From contig JBDGTJ010000012.1 of the NCBI GenBank assembly GCA_042216925.1, forward strand, positions 1,424 to 65,423: a stretch of 64,000 bases of DNA, in the 5' to 3' direction. Under the pieces are notes generated by a model. The model saw only the letters and a program-made list of their open reading frames with translations. It was not told the DNA's origin and made no database searches. The first letter of the stretch is position 1. Every line of letters begins with the position of its first letter. The translations under genes and the position numbers were made by a program. The stretch comes from Halobacteriaceae archaeon. GTDB taxonomy: Archaea > Halobacteriota > Halobacteria > Halobacteriales > Halobacteriaceae. Below, in pieces: positions 28,654-38,934 of the stretch.

Positions 28654-29472
28654 TCAGGCGCGTCCGTCCGCGTACCCGAACCAGTAATCGTAACCCAACC
28701 ACGCGAACACGGCCGTCCCCACCACCGTTATCAGGGGGTTGACGATCATCGTGAACAGGAACGCAGAGAACACCAGGATGAACAGGCCACGATAGTAGTA
28801 GTAGATCCCGGTCCGGTAGTAGACCCGGTTGACGCGGTACCGTTCGGTGATGTCCATCCGGACGAAGGTGTTCGTACTCGTATCCAGGGAGTCCATCCCC
28901 ACGAGGAACGCGACGATCGCGACGATCTGGACGAACGCGATCACCATCAACACGTTCTGCTCGACGACGCTCAACACGCCCTGGCTGGTCAGCAGGAAGT
29001 TCACCGTGAACGAGAAGATCAACAGGGAGAACCCCACGATGGCACTCACCGTTGAGATGGTGCCCTCGGCCTTACTCGAGAGGCTCTCGATGGCGGCCTC
29101 GAGTTCGGTCTCGTCGGCACCGCCGACGCGGTGGGTGTTGTACTCGAGGTACGTTGGTAACGTGATGATACGTCGGGGCAGCAGTTCGTCCTCCCACTCC
29201 TGGAGCCGGCTCTCGGTATCGTCGTCGTCCCCACCCTCCTCGGACGCCCAGAAGAACACGGTCCACCACGCCACGTAGAAGAACACCGCGAACCACCCGG
29301 CCAACCACAACAGGTTCGGGACGTACCGCTCGAACATCTCGACGACCTGGAGGACACCGACGAACACGGTGCTCAACGCCACGGCGACGGCGACGATCGC
29401 AGCCAGGGCATAATACCGTTCGAGGACCCCCACGCCACTTTGACCAGTGTCGGTGCGGTCGACCCCCGCCAT
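28654..29472 (-). CDS. Integral membrane protein (hypothetical)
   Basis: Internal ATG (MAGVDRTDTGQSG...). It has about six TM helices, an acidic loop (EEGGDDDDTE) and a Tyr-rich segment (YYRTGIYYYYRG). I recognise no family. Confidence 0.6.
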   Translation of the reverse strand: MAGVDRTDTGQSGVGVLERYYALAAIVAVAVALSTVFVGVLQVVEMFERYVPNLLWLAGWFAVFFYVAWWTVFFWASEEGGDDDDTESRLQEWEDELLPRRIITLPTYLEYNTHRVGGADETELEAAIESLSSKAEGTISTVSAIVGFSLLIFSFTVNFLLTSQGVLSVVEQNVLMVIAFVQIVAIVAFLVGMDSLDTSTNTFVRMDITERYRVNRVYYRTGIYYYYRGLFILVFSAFLFTMIVNPLITVVGTAVFAWLGYDYWFGYADGRA

Positions 29473-29552
29473 GGGAGACCGGATTACAGGCTGCCTCCTA
29501 AGGGTTCGGGTCGGCCCGAACACATTTCACCGCGCGTTCACCATACGCGGTT

Positions 29553-29747
29553 ATGGTCGGAATCCGTGGCGCCATCGATGTCGAGGACCTCTTGAAGATC
29601 ATCCTGGTCCTCGTCATCATCTGGATCGGCCTCGAGATCGTGGGTCAGCTCGTCGAGACCGGGTTGGAGCTGCTGGGGCCGTTCCGTGGACTCATCGGCC
29701 TGTTGATCTTGGTGTTGATCGTGTTGTGGTTGCTCGACCGGATCTGA
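29553..29747 (+). CDS. Small two-TM membrane protein (hypothetical)
   Basis: 64 aa (MVGIRGAIDVEDLLKIILVLVIIWIGLEIVG...LIGLLILVLIVLWLLDRI) with an ATG start. Confidence 0.5.
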   Translation: MVGIRGAIDVEDLLKIILVLVIIWIGLEIVGQLVETGLELLGPFRGLIGLLILVLIVLWLLDRI

Positions 29748-29751
29748 CGGC

Positions 29752-30996
29752 CTAGGTGAGGACGTCCCGGACGTAATCGAGGGCATCGACGAGGGCGTCG
29801 ACTTCGTCGCGGGTGTTGTACAGGTAGAAACTGGCTCGGGCGGTCGCCGGGACGTCGAGTCGGTCGTGTAACGGCTGCGTGCAGTGATCTCCGGCCCGCA
29901 CGGCGACACCGCGGTCGTCGACGAGGCTGGACAGGTCGTGGGCGTGGACGCCCTCGAGATTGAACGAGACCAGGCCCACGCGGTCGGCCGGCGGAGGCCC
30001 GTACACGGTGACGTCGTCCATGGCGGCGAGTTGCTCGTGGGCGTACCGGGCCAGGGAATCGGCGTGGCGTTCGACGCGGTCGAGACCCACGTCGTCGAGG
30101 TAGTCCGCGGCCGCCGCCATCGCGATCCCCTCGGCGATCGGTGGGGTGCCGGCCTCGAACTTCCAGGGGAGCTCGTTCCACGTCGATTCCTCGAAGGTCA
30201 CGGACTCGATCATGCCGCCACCGTAGTTGAACGGCGGCAACGCCTCAAGGAGGTCGGCACGGCCGTACAGCCCACCCACACCGGTCGGGCCGAGCATCTT
30301 GTGTCCGGAGAACGCATAGAAGTCTGCGTCGAGTGCGTCGACGTCCACGGACTGGTGGGGCACGGCCTGGGCGCCATCGACGAACACGAGGGCGTCTTCC
30401 TCGTGGGCCAACGACGCCAGGTCCGCGACCGGGGCCGTCGACCCGAGGACGTTGGAGACGTGGATCGTACTCAGCAACGCGGTGTCGGGCCCGATGATGT
30501 CGGCGGCGGCGTCGAGGTCGACCTCGCCCGCGTCGGTCAACGGGATGAACCGGATGGTGGCGCCGGTGCGGGCGGCGATCTGTTGCCAGGTCACGAGGGC
30601 TGCGTGGTGTTCCATCTCGGTGAGGACGACCTTGTCGCCCGGCCCCAACTCGTTGAGTCCCCATGCGTAGGCGACGAGGTTCAGTGCCTCGGTCGTGTTC
30701 TTGGTGAACACCATCTCCTCGCGACCGTCGGCGCCGACGAACGCGGCCATGCGGTCGTGGGCGTCCTCGTAGGCGACGCTGGCCTCCTGACTCAACTGGT
30801 GGAGGCCACGGTGGACGTTCGTGTTGTACTCCCGGTAGTACCGGGTCAACGCGTCGACGACCGGTTCGGGGGTCAGCGACGTCGCTGCGTTGTCGAGGTA
30901 CACCAGGGGGACGCCGTCACCCACCTCTCGCTCGAGGATCGGGAAGTCCTCGCGGATCGCGGCCACGTCGAGTGGGTCCTCCTCGGTGACTCCCAT
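29752..30996 (-). CDS. sufS: Cysteine desulfurase (SufS/class V aminotransferase)
   Basis: Internal ATG (MGVTEEDPLDVAAIREDFPILEREV...VYLDNAATS). It has the PLP lysine in FSGHKMLGPTG and the catalytic Cys in RAGDHCTQP. Confidence 0.92.
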   Translation of the reverse strand: MGVTEEDPLDVAAIREDFPILEREVGDGVPLVYLDNAATSLTPEPVVDALTRYYREYNTNVHRGLHQLSQEASVAYEDAHDRMAAFVGADGREEMVFTKNTTEALNLVAYAWGLNELGPGDKVVLTEMEHHAALVTWQQIAARTGATIRFIPLTDAGEVDLDAAADIIGPDTALLSTIHVSNVLGSTAPVADLASLAHEEDALVFVDGAQAVPHQSVDVDALDADFYAFSGHKMLGPTGVGGLYGRADLLEALPPFNYGGGMIESVTFEESTWNELPWKFEAGTPPIAEGIAMAAAADYLDDVGLDRVERHADSLARYAHEQLAAMDDVTVYGPPPADRVGLVSFNLEGVHAHDLSSLVDDRGVAVRAGDHCTQPLHDRLDVPATARASFYLYNTRDEVDALVDALDYVRDVLT

Positions 30997-31051
30997 CGCC
31001 GCCCGATAGACGGGCGACACGTACCTTTCTTTCGGTGTCTCGTCCCGGGTG

Positions 31052-31342
31052 TCACAACACGAGGAACTGGGCGTGCCGGGTCCCGTCGACGTCCAACACC
31101 CGGTCCTCGTCGACGTATCCCTCCTCGATGGCGAGGGCGACGGCGGCATCCCCCACGAGGTTCGCGATACTGGCGCGTGCCAGGCTGTCGAGGACGGCAG
31201 CTTCCTCAACCCGCTCCCCGCCGTAGAACTCCTCGGTCACTGTCAGCGAGACGTCCCCGTCCTCGAAGGTCTCCCCGAGGACGTCGGGATCACACACCGT
31301 GACGAGCAATCCCTGGTCGGTCTCCCGTTCCGTCCGGATCAT
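31052..31342 (-). CDS. DUF424 family protein
   Basis: 96 aa (MIRTERETDQGLLVTVCDPDVLGETFEDGDVSLTVTEEFYGGE...). The pattern is characteristic of archaeal DUF424. Confidence 0.7.
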   Translation of the reverse strand: MIRTERETDQGLLVTVCDPDVLGETFEDGDVSLTVTEEFYGGERVEEAAVLDSLARASIANLVGDAAVALAIEEGYVDEDRVLDVDGTRHAQFLVL

Positions 31343-32088
31343 CCGACGAGCTCGTCCTCACGGCGTTCCTGCAGCTCTTCGGCGCGTTCGGCGGCGCGTT
31401 GGGCCTCGCTTTCGCGATCGAGGGCCTCGAGGACCCGGGCTTTCTCCTCGAACAACTCGGCCGACCGGAACCCCAGTTGTTCGGCGTTCTCCAGGCACTC
31501 GAGGGCGTCCTCGTGCAGGCCGCGTTCGGCCTCGATGAACCCGAGATTGTACCACGCCTGGGGCAACCGTTCGTCGGTCGTGACCGCGGATTCGGCGTGC
31601 TGGAACGCCTCCTCGTCCTCGCCGAACATCCACAGCGCGTAGGCGAGATTGGTCTCGGCCTCGGCGGCATACTCCCCGTCTTCGTCGACGAACAACGCCT
31701 CGCGGTGGGCGCTGATGGCGGCGTCCCACTCCTCCATCTCCGCGTGGGCGACGCCCTTGTTCACCCATGCCTCCTGGGCGGCGGCCGACCCCTCGGGAGC
31801 GAACCGTGCCGCCCGCTCGAAGGCGTCGGCGGCCTGTTCGAACCGGTTGATCCCCATATACGAGAGGCCGACGTCGACGAGGGCGTCGACATCGACATCG
31901 TCGTCGGCGACGTGGCGTTCATCGAGGAGGTCGGCGAGCACGTGAGAGTCGACGGGGTCGACCTTGTCCGGGTCGACCGCGAGTTCCGGGGGATCGAGAT
32001 CGAATCCCTCGTAGGGGTCGTCGAACCCCTGTCCCTCGGAGAACCGGTGGCGGTCTCCGCGCTCGTCCTCGTCGCCGTCCTCGGTCAT
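31339..32088 (-). CDS. Tetratricopeptide repeat protein
   Basis: 249 aa with an acidic N-terminus followed by several TPR-like repeats (AWVNKGVAHAEMEEWDAAISAHREAL; AWYNLGFIEAERGLHEDALECLENA). Confidence 0.75.
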   Translation of the reverse strand: MTEDGDEDERGDRHRFSEGQGFDDPYEGFDLDPPELAVDPDKVDPVDSHVLADLLDERHVADDDVDVDALVDVGLSYMGINRFEQAADAFERAARFAPEGSAAAQEAWVNKGVAHAEMEEWDAAISAHREALFVDEDGEYAAEAETNLAYALWMFGEDEEAFQHAESAVTTDERLPQAWYNLGFIEAERGLHEDALECLENAEQLGFRSAELFEEKARVLEALDRESEAQRAAERAEELQERREDELVG

Positions 32089-32141
32089 GGCACCGCATTC
32101 GCCGGCAGCGCAGTTAAGGCCGTTGCACCGCGACCCGACGT

Positions 32142-32696
32142 ATGCGACTGTTCGTCAGCGTCGACCTCCCCGCGGTCGCGGCGGCGGTTGCGGACCTCCA
32201 GTCGTTGTTCCCGGGGGACGGCCTCCGGTTCACCGACCCGGCCCAGCTCCACGTCACCCTGAAGTTCCTCGGGCACACCGACCCCGACCGCCTCGACAGC
32301 ATCACCGCCGCCCTGGACCGTGCCGTCGCCACCGCCGGGGTCGACCCCTTCGACGTCACCGTCGGTGGCTTGGGCGCGTTCCCGAGTCCGGAATACATCA
32401 ACGTCATCTGGGTGGGTATCCGGTCGAACGGTGACACCGCACTCGTCCGGTTACACGAGGCCGTGGAGGCCGAACTCGTCGACCTCGGCTTCGACCCCGC
32501 CGACCACGAGTTCACCCCGCATGCGACCATCGCCAGAATGGATCACGCCGGCAGCAAATCCGAGGTCCAGACACTCCTCGAGCACCGCGACCCCGACCTG
32601 GGCACCCAGCACGTCGACGCCATCCACCTCACCGAGAGTACACTCACCGACACCGGCCCCGTCTACGAGCACGTCCACACCACCGCGCTCGAGTAG
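32142..32696 (+). CDS. thpR: RNA 2',3'-cyclic phosphodiesterase (2H phosphoesterase, ThpR/LigT)
   Basis: Both HxT motifs are present: LHVTLKFLG and PHATIAR. The protein is 184 aa. Confidence 0.88.
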   Translation: MRLFVSVDLPAVAAAVADLQSLFPGDGLRFTDPAQLHVTLKFLGHTDPDRLDSITAALDRAVATAGVDPFDVTVGGLGAFPSPEYINVIWVGIRSNGDTALVRLHEAVEAELVDLGFDPADHEFTPHATIARMDHAGSKSEVQTLLEHRDPDLGTQHVDAIHLTESTLTDTGPVYEHVHTTALE

Positions 32697-32700
32697 TCGA

Positions 32701-33465
32701 TCACCGGGCGAGGTACCCGCCCTCGACCTCGAGTCCGGTTCCGGTGACGAACGAGGCGTCATCGTCGCACAACCAGGCGATTGCCGCTGCAACCTCTTCC
32801 GGCTCGCCGAACCGGTTCAACGCGTGGAGTCCCGCGATCTGCTCGTGGAGTTCGCCCTCGTCCATCCCGGCCTCCTCGACCAGTGGCGTGTCGATGAACC
32901 CGGGACAGACCGCGGTCACGCGCACGTCGTCCTCGGCGTACTCGAGGGCCGCGGACTTCGTGAGGCCGAGGACCCCGTGCTTCGCTGCGACGTATCCCGA
33001 TGCCTCCGCGAACCCGACCTTCCCCAGGATCGAGGCGACGTTGACGATGGCACCGCCGCCGCGCTCCACCATCGCCGGGAGTTCGTGGCGCATACAGTCC
33101 GCGACGCCCAACAGGTTCACGTCGATGACCTGCCGGAACCCCTCACGGGATTGGTCGCCAAGCGGCGCCGACTCTCCACCGATGCCAGCGTTGTTGACGG
33201 CGAAATCCAGCCCACCGTAGGTGTCCAGGGCGGTGTCGACCATCGCTTCGATGTCGGATTCGTCGGTGACGTCGGTCCGCACCGCTGTCGCGGTGCCGTC
33301 GGCAGCCTCGATCTGGGCGACGGTCTCCTCGGCGCCATCCACGTCGATGTCCGCGACGATGACCGCGGCACCTCCCGCGGCGAAGGTTTTCGCGGTCGCT
33401 CGACCGATCCCCGATCCGGCGCCGGTCACGATCGCCACTGTATCCTCGAAGTCGTAGTCCGTCAT
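32701..33465 (-). CDS. SDR family oxidoreductase
   Basis: TGAGSGIG is the cofactor motif, NNAG is present, and the catalytic YxxxK occurs in YVAAKHG. The protein is 254 aa. Confidence 0.9.
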   Translation of the reverse strand: MTDYDFEDTVAIVTGAGSGIGRATAKTFAAGGAAVIVADIDVDGAEETVAQIEAADGTATAVRTDVTDESDIEAMVDTALDTYGGLDFAVNNAGIGGESAPLGDQSREGFRQVIDVNLLGVADCMRHELPAMVERGGGAIVNVASILGKVGFAEASGYVAAKHGVLGLTKSAALEYAEDDVRVTAVCPGFIDTPLVEEAGMDEGELHEQIAGLHALNRFGEPEEVAAAIAWLCDDDASFVTGTGLEVEGGYLAR

Positions 33466-33563
33466 GGTGTACCCGACCGGAGGGCGAGCAGATGGATAAA
33501 GCCGCGTCCCGTTCTCAGAAGCCTGGAACCCCTCCGCGACGGGGTCGGCGCCCGTTCGTCAGG

Positions 33564-33570
33564 ATTTTAT
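33564..33570 (+). promoter_or_regulatory. Candidate TATA box for the rpl39e operon
   Basis: ATTTTAT is centred about 30 nt upstream of the rpl39e ATG. That spacing fits a leaderless haloarchaeal transcript. Confidence 0.35.
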
Positions 33571-33596
33571 GGGCTCGCAGGCAACGACACGCCACT

Positions 33597-33749
33597 ATGG
33601 GGAAGAAGACGAAGGCCCAAAAGAAACGACTGGGGAAACTCGAGCGACAGAACAGTCGAGTCCCTGGATGGGTCATCATGAAGACCAACCGCGACGTCAC
33701 CCGCAACCCGAAACGACGGAACTGGCGGCGCTCGGACACTGACGAGTGA
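33597..33749 (+). CDS. rpl39e: 50S ribosomal protein L39e
   Basis: [50 protein letters not shown], read from the internal ATG of ORF 33492..33749. Confidence 0.95.
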   Translation: MGKKTKAQKKRLGKLERQNSRVPGWVIMKTNRDVTRNPKRRNWRRSDTDE

Positions 33750-34024
33750 TGAGTGCCAACGACTTCGAGGAACGGGTGGTGACCGTGCCGCTCCGCGACG
33801 TGCGAGCCGCCCCGTCTCACGAACGTGCGGACAAGGCGATGTCGATCGTCCGCGACCACCTCGCCCAGCACTTCTCCGTCGCCGCGGAGGACGTCCGCCT
33901 CGACCCGTCCATCAACGAGGCCGTCTGGGCAGACGGTCGCTCGAACCCACCCAGCAAACTCCGCGTCCGTGCCGCCCGCTTCGACGAGGCCGGTGCTGCC
34001 GTCGTTGAGGCGGAGCTCGCGTAG
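33749..34024 (+). CDS. rpl31e: 50S ribosomal protein L31e
   Basis: [18 protein letters not shown]...[11 protein letters not shown]. The start overlaps the L39e stop (TGATG). GTG 33746 is also possible. Confidence 0.93.
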   Translation: MSANDFEERVVTVPLRDVRAAPSHERADKAMSIVRDHLAQHFSVAAEDVRLDPSINEAVWADGRSNPPSKLRVRAARFDEAGAAVVEAELA

Positions 34025-34026
34025 GC

Positions 34027-34692
34027 GTGCTCCGCACGGCCGTCCACGGTTCACCGTATGTCGGGGTGTTCGCCCGCGCCACCGACGAGGTGCTGCTCAT
34101 CCGCCCCGATAGCGAGGACGATGTCGTCGCGGCGTTCGCCGAGGAACTTGCCGTCGACGCTGTCACCACTACGGTCGGCGGTGCCTCGACGGTCGGGTCG
34201 CTTGTCGCGGGCAACGAGAACGGACTCGTCGTCACCGGTCGTGTCACCGACCGGGAACGCCAGCGATTGGCCGAGGCCATCGACGGTGCTGTCGGCACCC
34301 TCCCCGGGAGGATCAACGCCGCCGGCAACGTCGTGGTAGCGAACGGGAACGGTGCGATCGTCCACCCGAACCTCTCCGAGGAGGGGATGACCGTCGTCGA
34401 AGAGACCCTGTCGGTACCCGTGGACTCCGGGGCGATCGCCGGGGTGCGGACCGTCGGGACGGCCGCGGTCGCGACCGATGCCGGCGTCCTGTGTCACCCC
34501 GAGTCGACAGACGAGGAACTCGACTGGGTGGAGTCGGTGCTCGAGGTCCCGGCCGACGTGGGCACCGTCAACTACGGCGGACCACTGGTCGGGTCGGGCC
34601 TCGTCGCCAACGATGCCGGGTATGTCGTCGGCGCCGACACCACCGGCCCGGAACTCGGCCGGATCGAGGATGCGCTGGGCTATGTGACGTAG
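34027..34692 (+). CDS. eif6: Translation initiation factor 6
   Basis: A GTG start gives [24 protein letters not shown]. The pentein repeat pattern of aIF6 is present, and the protein is 221 aa. Confidence 0.93.
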   Translation: MLRTAVHGSPYVGVFARATDEVLLIRPDSEDDVVAAFAEELAVDAVTTTVGGASTVGSLVAGNENGLVVTGRVTDRERQRLAEAIDGAVGTLPGRINAAGNVVVANGNGAIVHPNLSEEGMTVVEETLSVPVDSGAIAGVRTVGTAAVATDAGVLCHPESTDEELDWVESVLEVPADVGTVNYGGPLVGSGLVANDAGYVVGADTTGPELGRIEDALGYVT

Positions 34693-34732
34693 ACAAGAAA
34701 GATTCTTCCGGCTCGCTATCCGACGGCTGGGC

Positions 34733-35212
34733 ATGAGCCTCGGAGGCGGCGGTGGCGGTCGAGACCAGCTCCAAGAACTCTCCCAGCAACTCCAGGCCCT
34801 CGAGGAGGAACAACAGGAACTCCAGTCGGCCATCCAGGAACTCCGCAACCAGAAGATGGAGATCGACGACGCGATCGAGGGGTTGGAAGCCCTCGAGTCC
34901 GGGTCGACCGTCCAGGTGCCCGTCGGAGGCGGGGCCTACGTCCGGGCGGAGGTCGCGGACATCGACGAGGTCGTCGTGGAACTCGGTGGTGGGTATGCCG
35001 CCGAACAGGCACAGGACGATGCGATCGACACGCTCGAGACCAAACAGGACGACCTCGACGACCGGATCGAGGACCTCAAAGACGACCTCGCCGACCTCGA
35101 AGAAGAGTCCGCCCAACTCGAACAGCGCGCCCAACAGGCCCAACAACAGATGATGCAACAACAACTCCAACAACAGCAGGGCGGCGGCGGTGTGCCTGAC
35201 GAGGACGAGTAG
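34733..35212 (+). CDS. pfdA: Prefoldin subunit alpha
   Basis: Coiled coil, beta hairpins (VQVPVGGGAYVRAEV) and a second coiled coil. It has a Q/G-rich C-terminal tail and lies in the conserved position between eif6 and ftsY. Confidence 0.9.
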   Translation: MSLGGGGGGRDQLQELSQQLQALEEEQQELQSAIQELRNQKMEIDDAIEGLEALESGSTVQVPVGGGAYVRAEVADIDEVVVELGGGYAAEQAQDDAIDTLETKQDDLDDRIEDLKDDLADLEEESAQLEQRAQQAQQQMMQQQLQQQQGGGGVPDEDE

Positions 35213-35215
35213 GCG

Positions 35216-36220
35216 ATGTTCGAGGGGTTGAAGAAACGTCTCGGTCGGTTCGAGTCCGAGGTCGAAGAGGAGGTTACGGACCCCGACGCCGAGGAACCCA
35301 CTGAACCGGAGGAGGAATCCGACGACGGATCGCCCGGGCTGCGAGAACGGGCATCCTCCTTGGCGCGTGGCCAACGCATCCTCGACGAAGACGATCTCGA
35401 GGGCCCCTTGGAGAACCTGGAGTTGGCGTTGCTGGAAAGCGACGTGGAGATGGAGACGGCCGAACGCATCCTCGACCGGGTGCGGGAGAACCTCATCGGG
35501 GAACGTCGTGGGGTCATGGAGGGCACGCACAACATCGTGCGTGCCGCCCTCCGAGATGCGTTACTGGACGTGATCAGCGTCGGGCAGTTCGATTTCGACG
35601 AACGGGTGGCCGCCGCGGAGAAACCCTTGGTGATCGTCTTCACCGGTGTCAACGGGGTCGGCAAGACGACGACGATCGCGAAACTCGCGAAGCGCCTCGA
35701 GGACCAGGGGTACTCGACGGTGCTCGCCAACGGTGACACCTACCGCGCCGGCGCCAACGAACAGATCAAAGAGCACGCCGACCGCCTCGACCTCGATCTG
35801 ATCAGTCACGAGCAAGGCGGCGATCCCACGGCCGTCGTCTACGACGCCGTCGAGTACGCCGAGGCCAACGACATCGACGTCGTCCTCGGGGACACGGCGG
35901 GTCGATTGCACACCTCGACGGACCTGATGGCCCAACTCGAGAAACTCGACCGCGTCGTCGACCCCGACATGACCCTGTTCGTCGACGAGGCCGTCGCCGG
36001 CCAGGACGCCGTCAACCGCGCCCGGGAGTTCGACGCCGCCGCCTCCGTCGATGGCGCCATCCTGACGAAGGCCGACGCCGACGCCGCGGGCGGCGCCGCC
36101 ATCTCGATCGCCAACGTCACCGGGAAACCGATCCTCTTCTTGGGGACCGGTCAGGGGTACGACGACCTGGTCGCCGTCGACCCCAAGGAACTGGTCGACC
36201 AGCTCCTTGGTGAGGACTAA
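35216..36220 (+). CDS. ftsY: Signal recognition particle receptor FtsY
   Basis: An acidic N-terminus followed by an NG domain with GVNGVGKTT, DTAGR and TKAD motifs. Confidence 0.95.
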   Translation: MFEGLKKRLGRFESEVEEEVTDPDAEEPTEPEEESDDGSPGLRERASSLARGQRILDEDDLEGPLENLELALLESDVEMETAERILDRVRENLIGERRGVMEGTHNIVRAALRDALLDVISVGQFDFDERVAAAEKPLVIVFTGVNGVGKTTTIAKLAKRLEDQGYSTVLANGDTYRAGANEQIKEHADRLDLDLISHEQGGDPTAVVYDAVEYAEANDIDVVLGDTAGRLHTSTDLMAQLEKLDRVVDPDMTLFVDEAVAGQDAVNRAREFDAAASVDGAILTKADADAAGGAAISIANVTGKPILFLGTGQGYDDLVAVDPKELVDQLLGED

Positions 36221-36246
36221 AAACCCCACCCACCAACTACGATACC

Positions 36247-36633
36247 ATGGACGGCATCCACCATCTCTCGTTGCCGGTCTCGGCGATCCCCAAAGCGGTG
36301 CAGTTCTATCGGATGGTCCTCGACGCCGAACGGGTCGGCCCTGCAGAGGAGGGTGTCAGCATGGAGGCGGCGACGACGTTCTGGGTGCGGGTCGGCGGTG
36401 TGCCGATCGCCCTCGTCGAGAGTCCGGAGACGACCCCCGACCACGATGCGGGGAACGGGGTGCGGCCACTTGAGGACCCCCACGTCGCGTTCGCGGCCTC
36501 GGAGTCGGAACTGGCAAGCGTCCGCGCCCGGTTGGACGCCCAACGCCACCCGTACCACGAGAGCACCAACGACATCTTCCTCCGCGATCCGGACGGGAAC
36601 CTGATCGCGGTCTCGGCCGGGTCAACCCCCTGA
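36247..36633 (+). CDS. VOC/glyoxalase family protein
   Basis: MDGIHHLSLPVSAIPKAVQFYRMVL...FLRDPDGNLI is the typical VOC fold signature. Confidence 0.8.
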   Translation: MDGIHHLSLPVSAIPKAVQFYRMVLDAERVGPAEEGVSMEAATTFWVRVGGVPIALVESPETTPDHDAGNGVRPLEDPHVAFAASESELASVRARLDAQRHPYHESTNDIFLRDPDGNLIAVSAGSTP

Positions 36634-37071
36634 CTGGAGACTGCCCGGCGGCGGAGCGGCGTCGACGCTGACCAACCGGTGGCGACGCCCCCGCCGGTCG
36701 AAGGCTGCGACGTCCTCGGGGCGCCAGGGCGGCACCGCGATCAACACGCGGCCCGCGAGGTCGTCGCGCTGGGTGAGTGCGAGTTCACCCGTCGGGTGGG
36801 AGATGAACCGGCCCGCCGTCTGGCCCGGGGGAACCCCGAGATTTATGCCGAACACCTTGGCGACACTGCCGGCAGCCCCGGGCACGTAGAAATCGGTGAG
36901 GACCGGTGTCTCCGGCGGGAGGTCGACGTCGGTCTCGAGGCCCCGTGCTGGCGTGGCCGCTAACGCGATGGTGACCGCTGCGGGTTCGGCTTCTGCCGCC
37001 CGTTCACAGAGGACCTCGAGGAGGCCGGCGGTCACGTAGACGGTATCGGTGGTGTCGCCGTCGCCGGGCAC
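36622..37071 (-). CDS. MPN/JAB-domain-like protein with degenerate JAMM motif
   Basis: 149 aa with a GTG start. The segment FISHPTGELALTQRDD aligns to HxH-x7-S-x2-D, with the first His replaced by Ile and Ser replaced by Thr. Confidence 0.5.
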   Translation of the reverse strand: MPGDGDTTDTVYVTAGLLEVLCERAAEAEPAAVTIALAATPARGLETDVDLPPETPVLTDFYVPGAAGSVAKVFGINLGVPPGQTAGRFISHPTGELALTQRDDLAGRVLIAVPPWRPEDVAAFDRRGRRHRLVSVDAAPPPGSLQSGG

Positions 37072-37158
37072 GCCCGGGTTTCGGCGGTTCGACGGGTAAC
37101 GTTGTCGGCAGCCCGGGAGACGAAGACTTTACCGTCGTGACCGTCTACCGGCTGGCAA

Positions 37159-38538
37159 ATGGTACTCGACGACCTGGGCAGTTCTCTGCGGAGCACCCTC
37201 GACCGGCTCCGCGGGACCGGTCGGCTCAGCGAGGAGGACGTCGAGGACATCGTCAAAGAGATCCAGCGGTCCCTCCTCCAGGCCGACGTCGACGTCTCGC
37301 TGGTGATGGAGCTTTCCGACGCCATCGAGGAACGCGCCCTCGAGGAGGAGCCACCCGCCGGCACCAGCGCCCGCGACCACGTGTTGCGCATCGTCTACGA
37401 GGAACTGGTCGACCTGGTCGGTGACTCCACGGACCTGCCACTCGAGGAACAGACCATCCTCCTTGCCGGGCTTCAGGGGTCCGGGAAGACGACGACGGCA
37501 GCGAAGATGGCGTGGTGGTTCTCCACGAAAGGGTTGCGAGCGGCCGTCATCCAGACGGACACGTTCCGTCCCGGGGCCTACGATCAGGCCAAACAACTCT
37601 GTGAAACGGCGGAGGTCGGCTTCTACGGGGACCCGGACACCGACGACCCCGTCGAGATCGCTCGCGAGGGACTGGCCGAGACCGAGTCCGCCGACGTCCA
37701 CATCGTCGACACGGCGGGGCGACACGCCCTCGAATCGGATCTCATCGACGAGATCGAGGAGATCGATCGGGTCGTCGATCCGGATCGCCGCCTCCTCGTG
37801 TTGGACGCGGCGATCGGGCAAGGGGCCAAAGACCAGGCCGAGGAGTTCGAATCCGCGATCGGGATCGATGGCGTCGTCATCACGAAACTCGACGGGACCG
37901 CCAAAGGTGGGGGTGCCCTGGCCGCCGTCGACGAGACGGGGTCGACCATCGCGTTCCTCGGGACCGGGGAGTCCGTCCAGGACATCGAGCGGTTCGAACC
38001 GAACGGGTTCGTCTCCCGCCTGCTCGGGATGGGCGACCTCCAGCAACTCGCCGAACGGGTCGAACGGGCGATGGCCGAGACCGACGAGGACGAGGATGAC
38101 TGGGACCCCGAGGACCTCCTCGAGGGCGAGTTCACGCTGAAGGACATGCGCCACCAGATGTCCGCGATGAACCGGATGGGCCCGCTCGACCAGGTCCTCG
38201 ACATGATCCCGGGGCTCGGCGGTGGGTTGACCGATCAGTTACCCGACGACGCCATGGACGTCACCCAGGACCGGATGCGGGACTTCGACGTGGTGATGGA
38301 CTCGATGACCGAGGAGGAACTCGAGAACCCGCGATCGATCGGGGCCTCGCAGGTGAGACGAATCGCTGCTGGCGCCGGCGTCGACGCCGACGTCGTCCGG
38401 GAGTTGCTCGAACAACATCGGATGATGGCCAAGACGTTAAAACAGTTCCAGGGAATGGGCGACGGCGACATGCAACGGATGATGAAGAAGATGCAACAGC
38501 AAGGCGGCGGTGGCGGGATGGGCCCGTTCGGCGACTAG
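37159..38538 (+). CDS. srp54: Signal recognition particle protein Srp54
   Basis: [17 protein letters not shown]..., an NG domain with [14 protein letters not shown] and TKLD, and a Met-rich M domain ([11 protein letters not shown]). Confidence 0.96.
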   Translation: MVLDDLGSSLRSTLDRLRGTGRLSEEDVEDIVKEIQRSLLQADVDVSLVMELSDAIEERALEEEPPAGTSARDHVLRIVYEELVDLVGDSTDLPLEEQTILLAGLQGSGKTTTAAKMAWWFSTKGLRAAVIQTDTFRPGAYDQAKQLCETAEVGFYGDPDTDDPVEIAREGLAETESADVHIVDTAGRHALESDLIDEIEEIDRVVDPDRRLLVLDAAIGQGAKDQAEEFESAIGIDGVVITKLDGTAKGGGALAAVDETGSTIAFLGTGESVQDIERFEPNGFVSRLLGMGDLQQLAERVERAMAETDEDEDDWDPEDLLEGEFTLKDMRHQMSAMNRMGPLDQVLDMIPGLGGGLTDQLPDDAMDVTQDRMRDFDVVMDSMTEEELENPRSIGASQVRRIAAGAGVDADVVRELLEQHRMMAKTLKQFQGMGDGDMQRMMKKMQQQGGGGGMGPFGD

Positions 38539-38717
38539 GGCTGGGCACCGAGCTCCATAGTGGATGGATGCATTCCCCGCCGTCACCTGAGGTGTCTGTC
38601 ACGGTCGGTCCCCGGATCGACACCGGTTGACGGTCGGTCGAGCACGGACGGGTGGCTGACACGCGTCAGCGACCCGGGCATACGCTTATTGTCGTCACTG
38701 CTGTGTACGATGACGTG

Positions 38718-38930
38718 ATGTGGCTCACCAAGGTGCCGTTCGCACTCGTCTCGCTGATCGGGTTGGCGGTGTTGCTCGGGACCGGGTACCTCATCATCCG
38801 CGGTCCGTTCCTTGGCGGTGCGCCCCTCTCGAATCAGAATCTGCTGGTGGCCCTCGGTGGGTTCTTCGTGGGGTTGTTCGTGTTCATGTGGGGGGCTGCC
38901 CGCCTCGTCGACGTCGGGACCCGGATGTAG
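38718..38930 (+). CDS. Small two-TM membrane protein (hypothetical)
   Basis: Internal ATG (MWLTKVPFALVSLIGLAVLLGTGYLII...FFVGLFVFMWGAARLV) of ORF 38652..38930. Confidence 0.45.
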   Translation: MWLTKVPFALVSLIGLAVLLGTGYLIIRGPFLGGAPLSNQNLLVALGGFFVGLFVFMWGAARLVDVGTRM

Positions 38931-38934
38931 TTGC

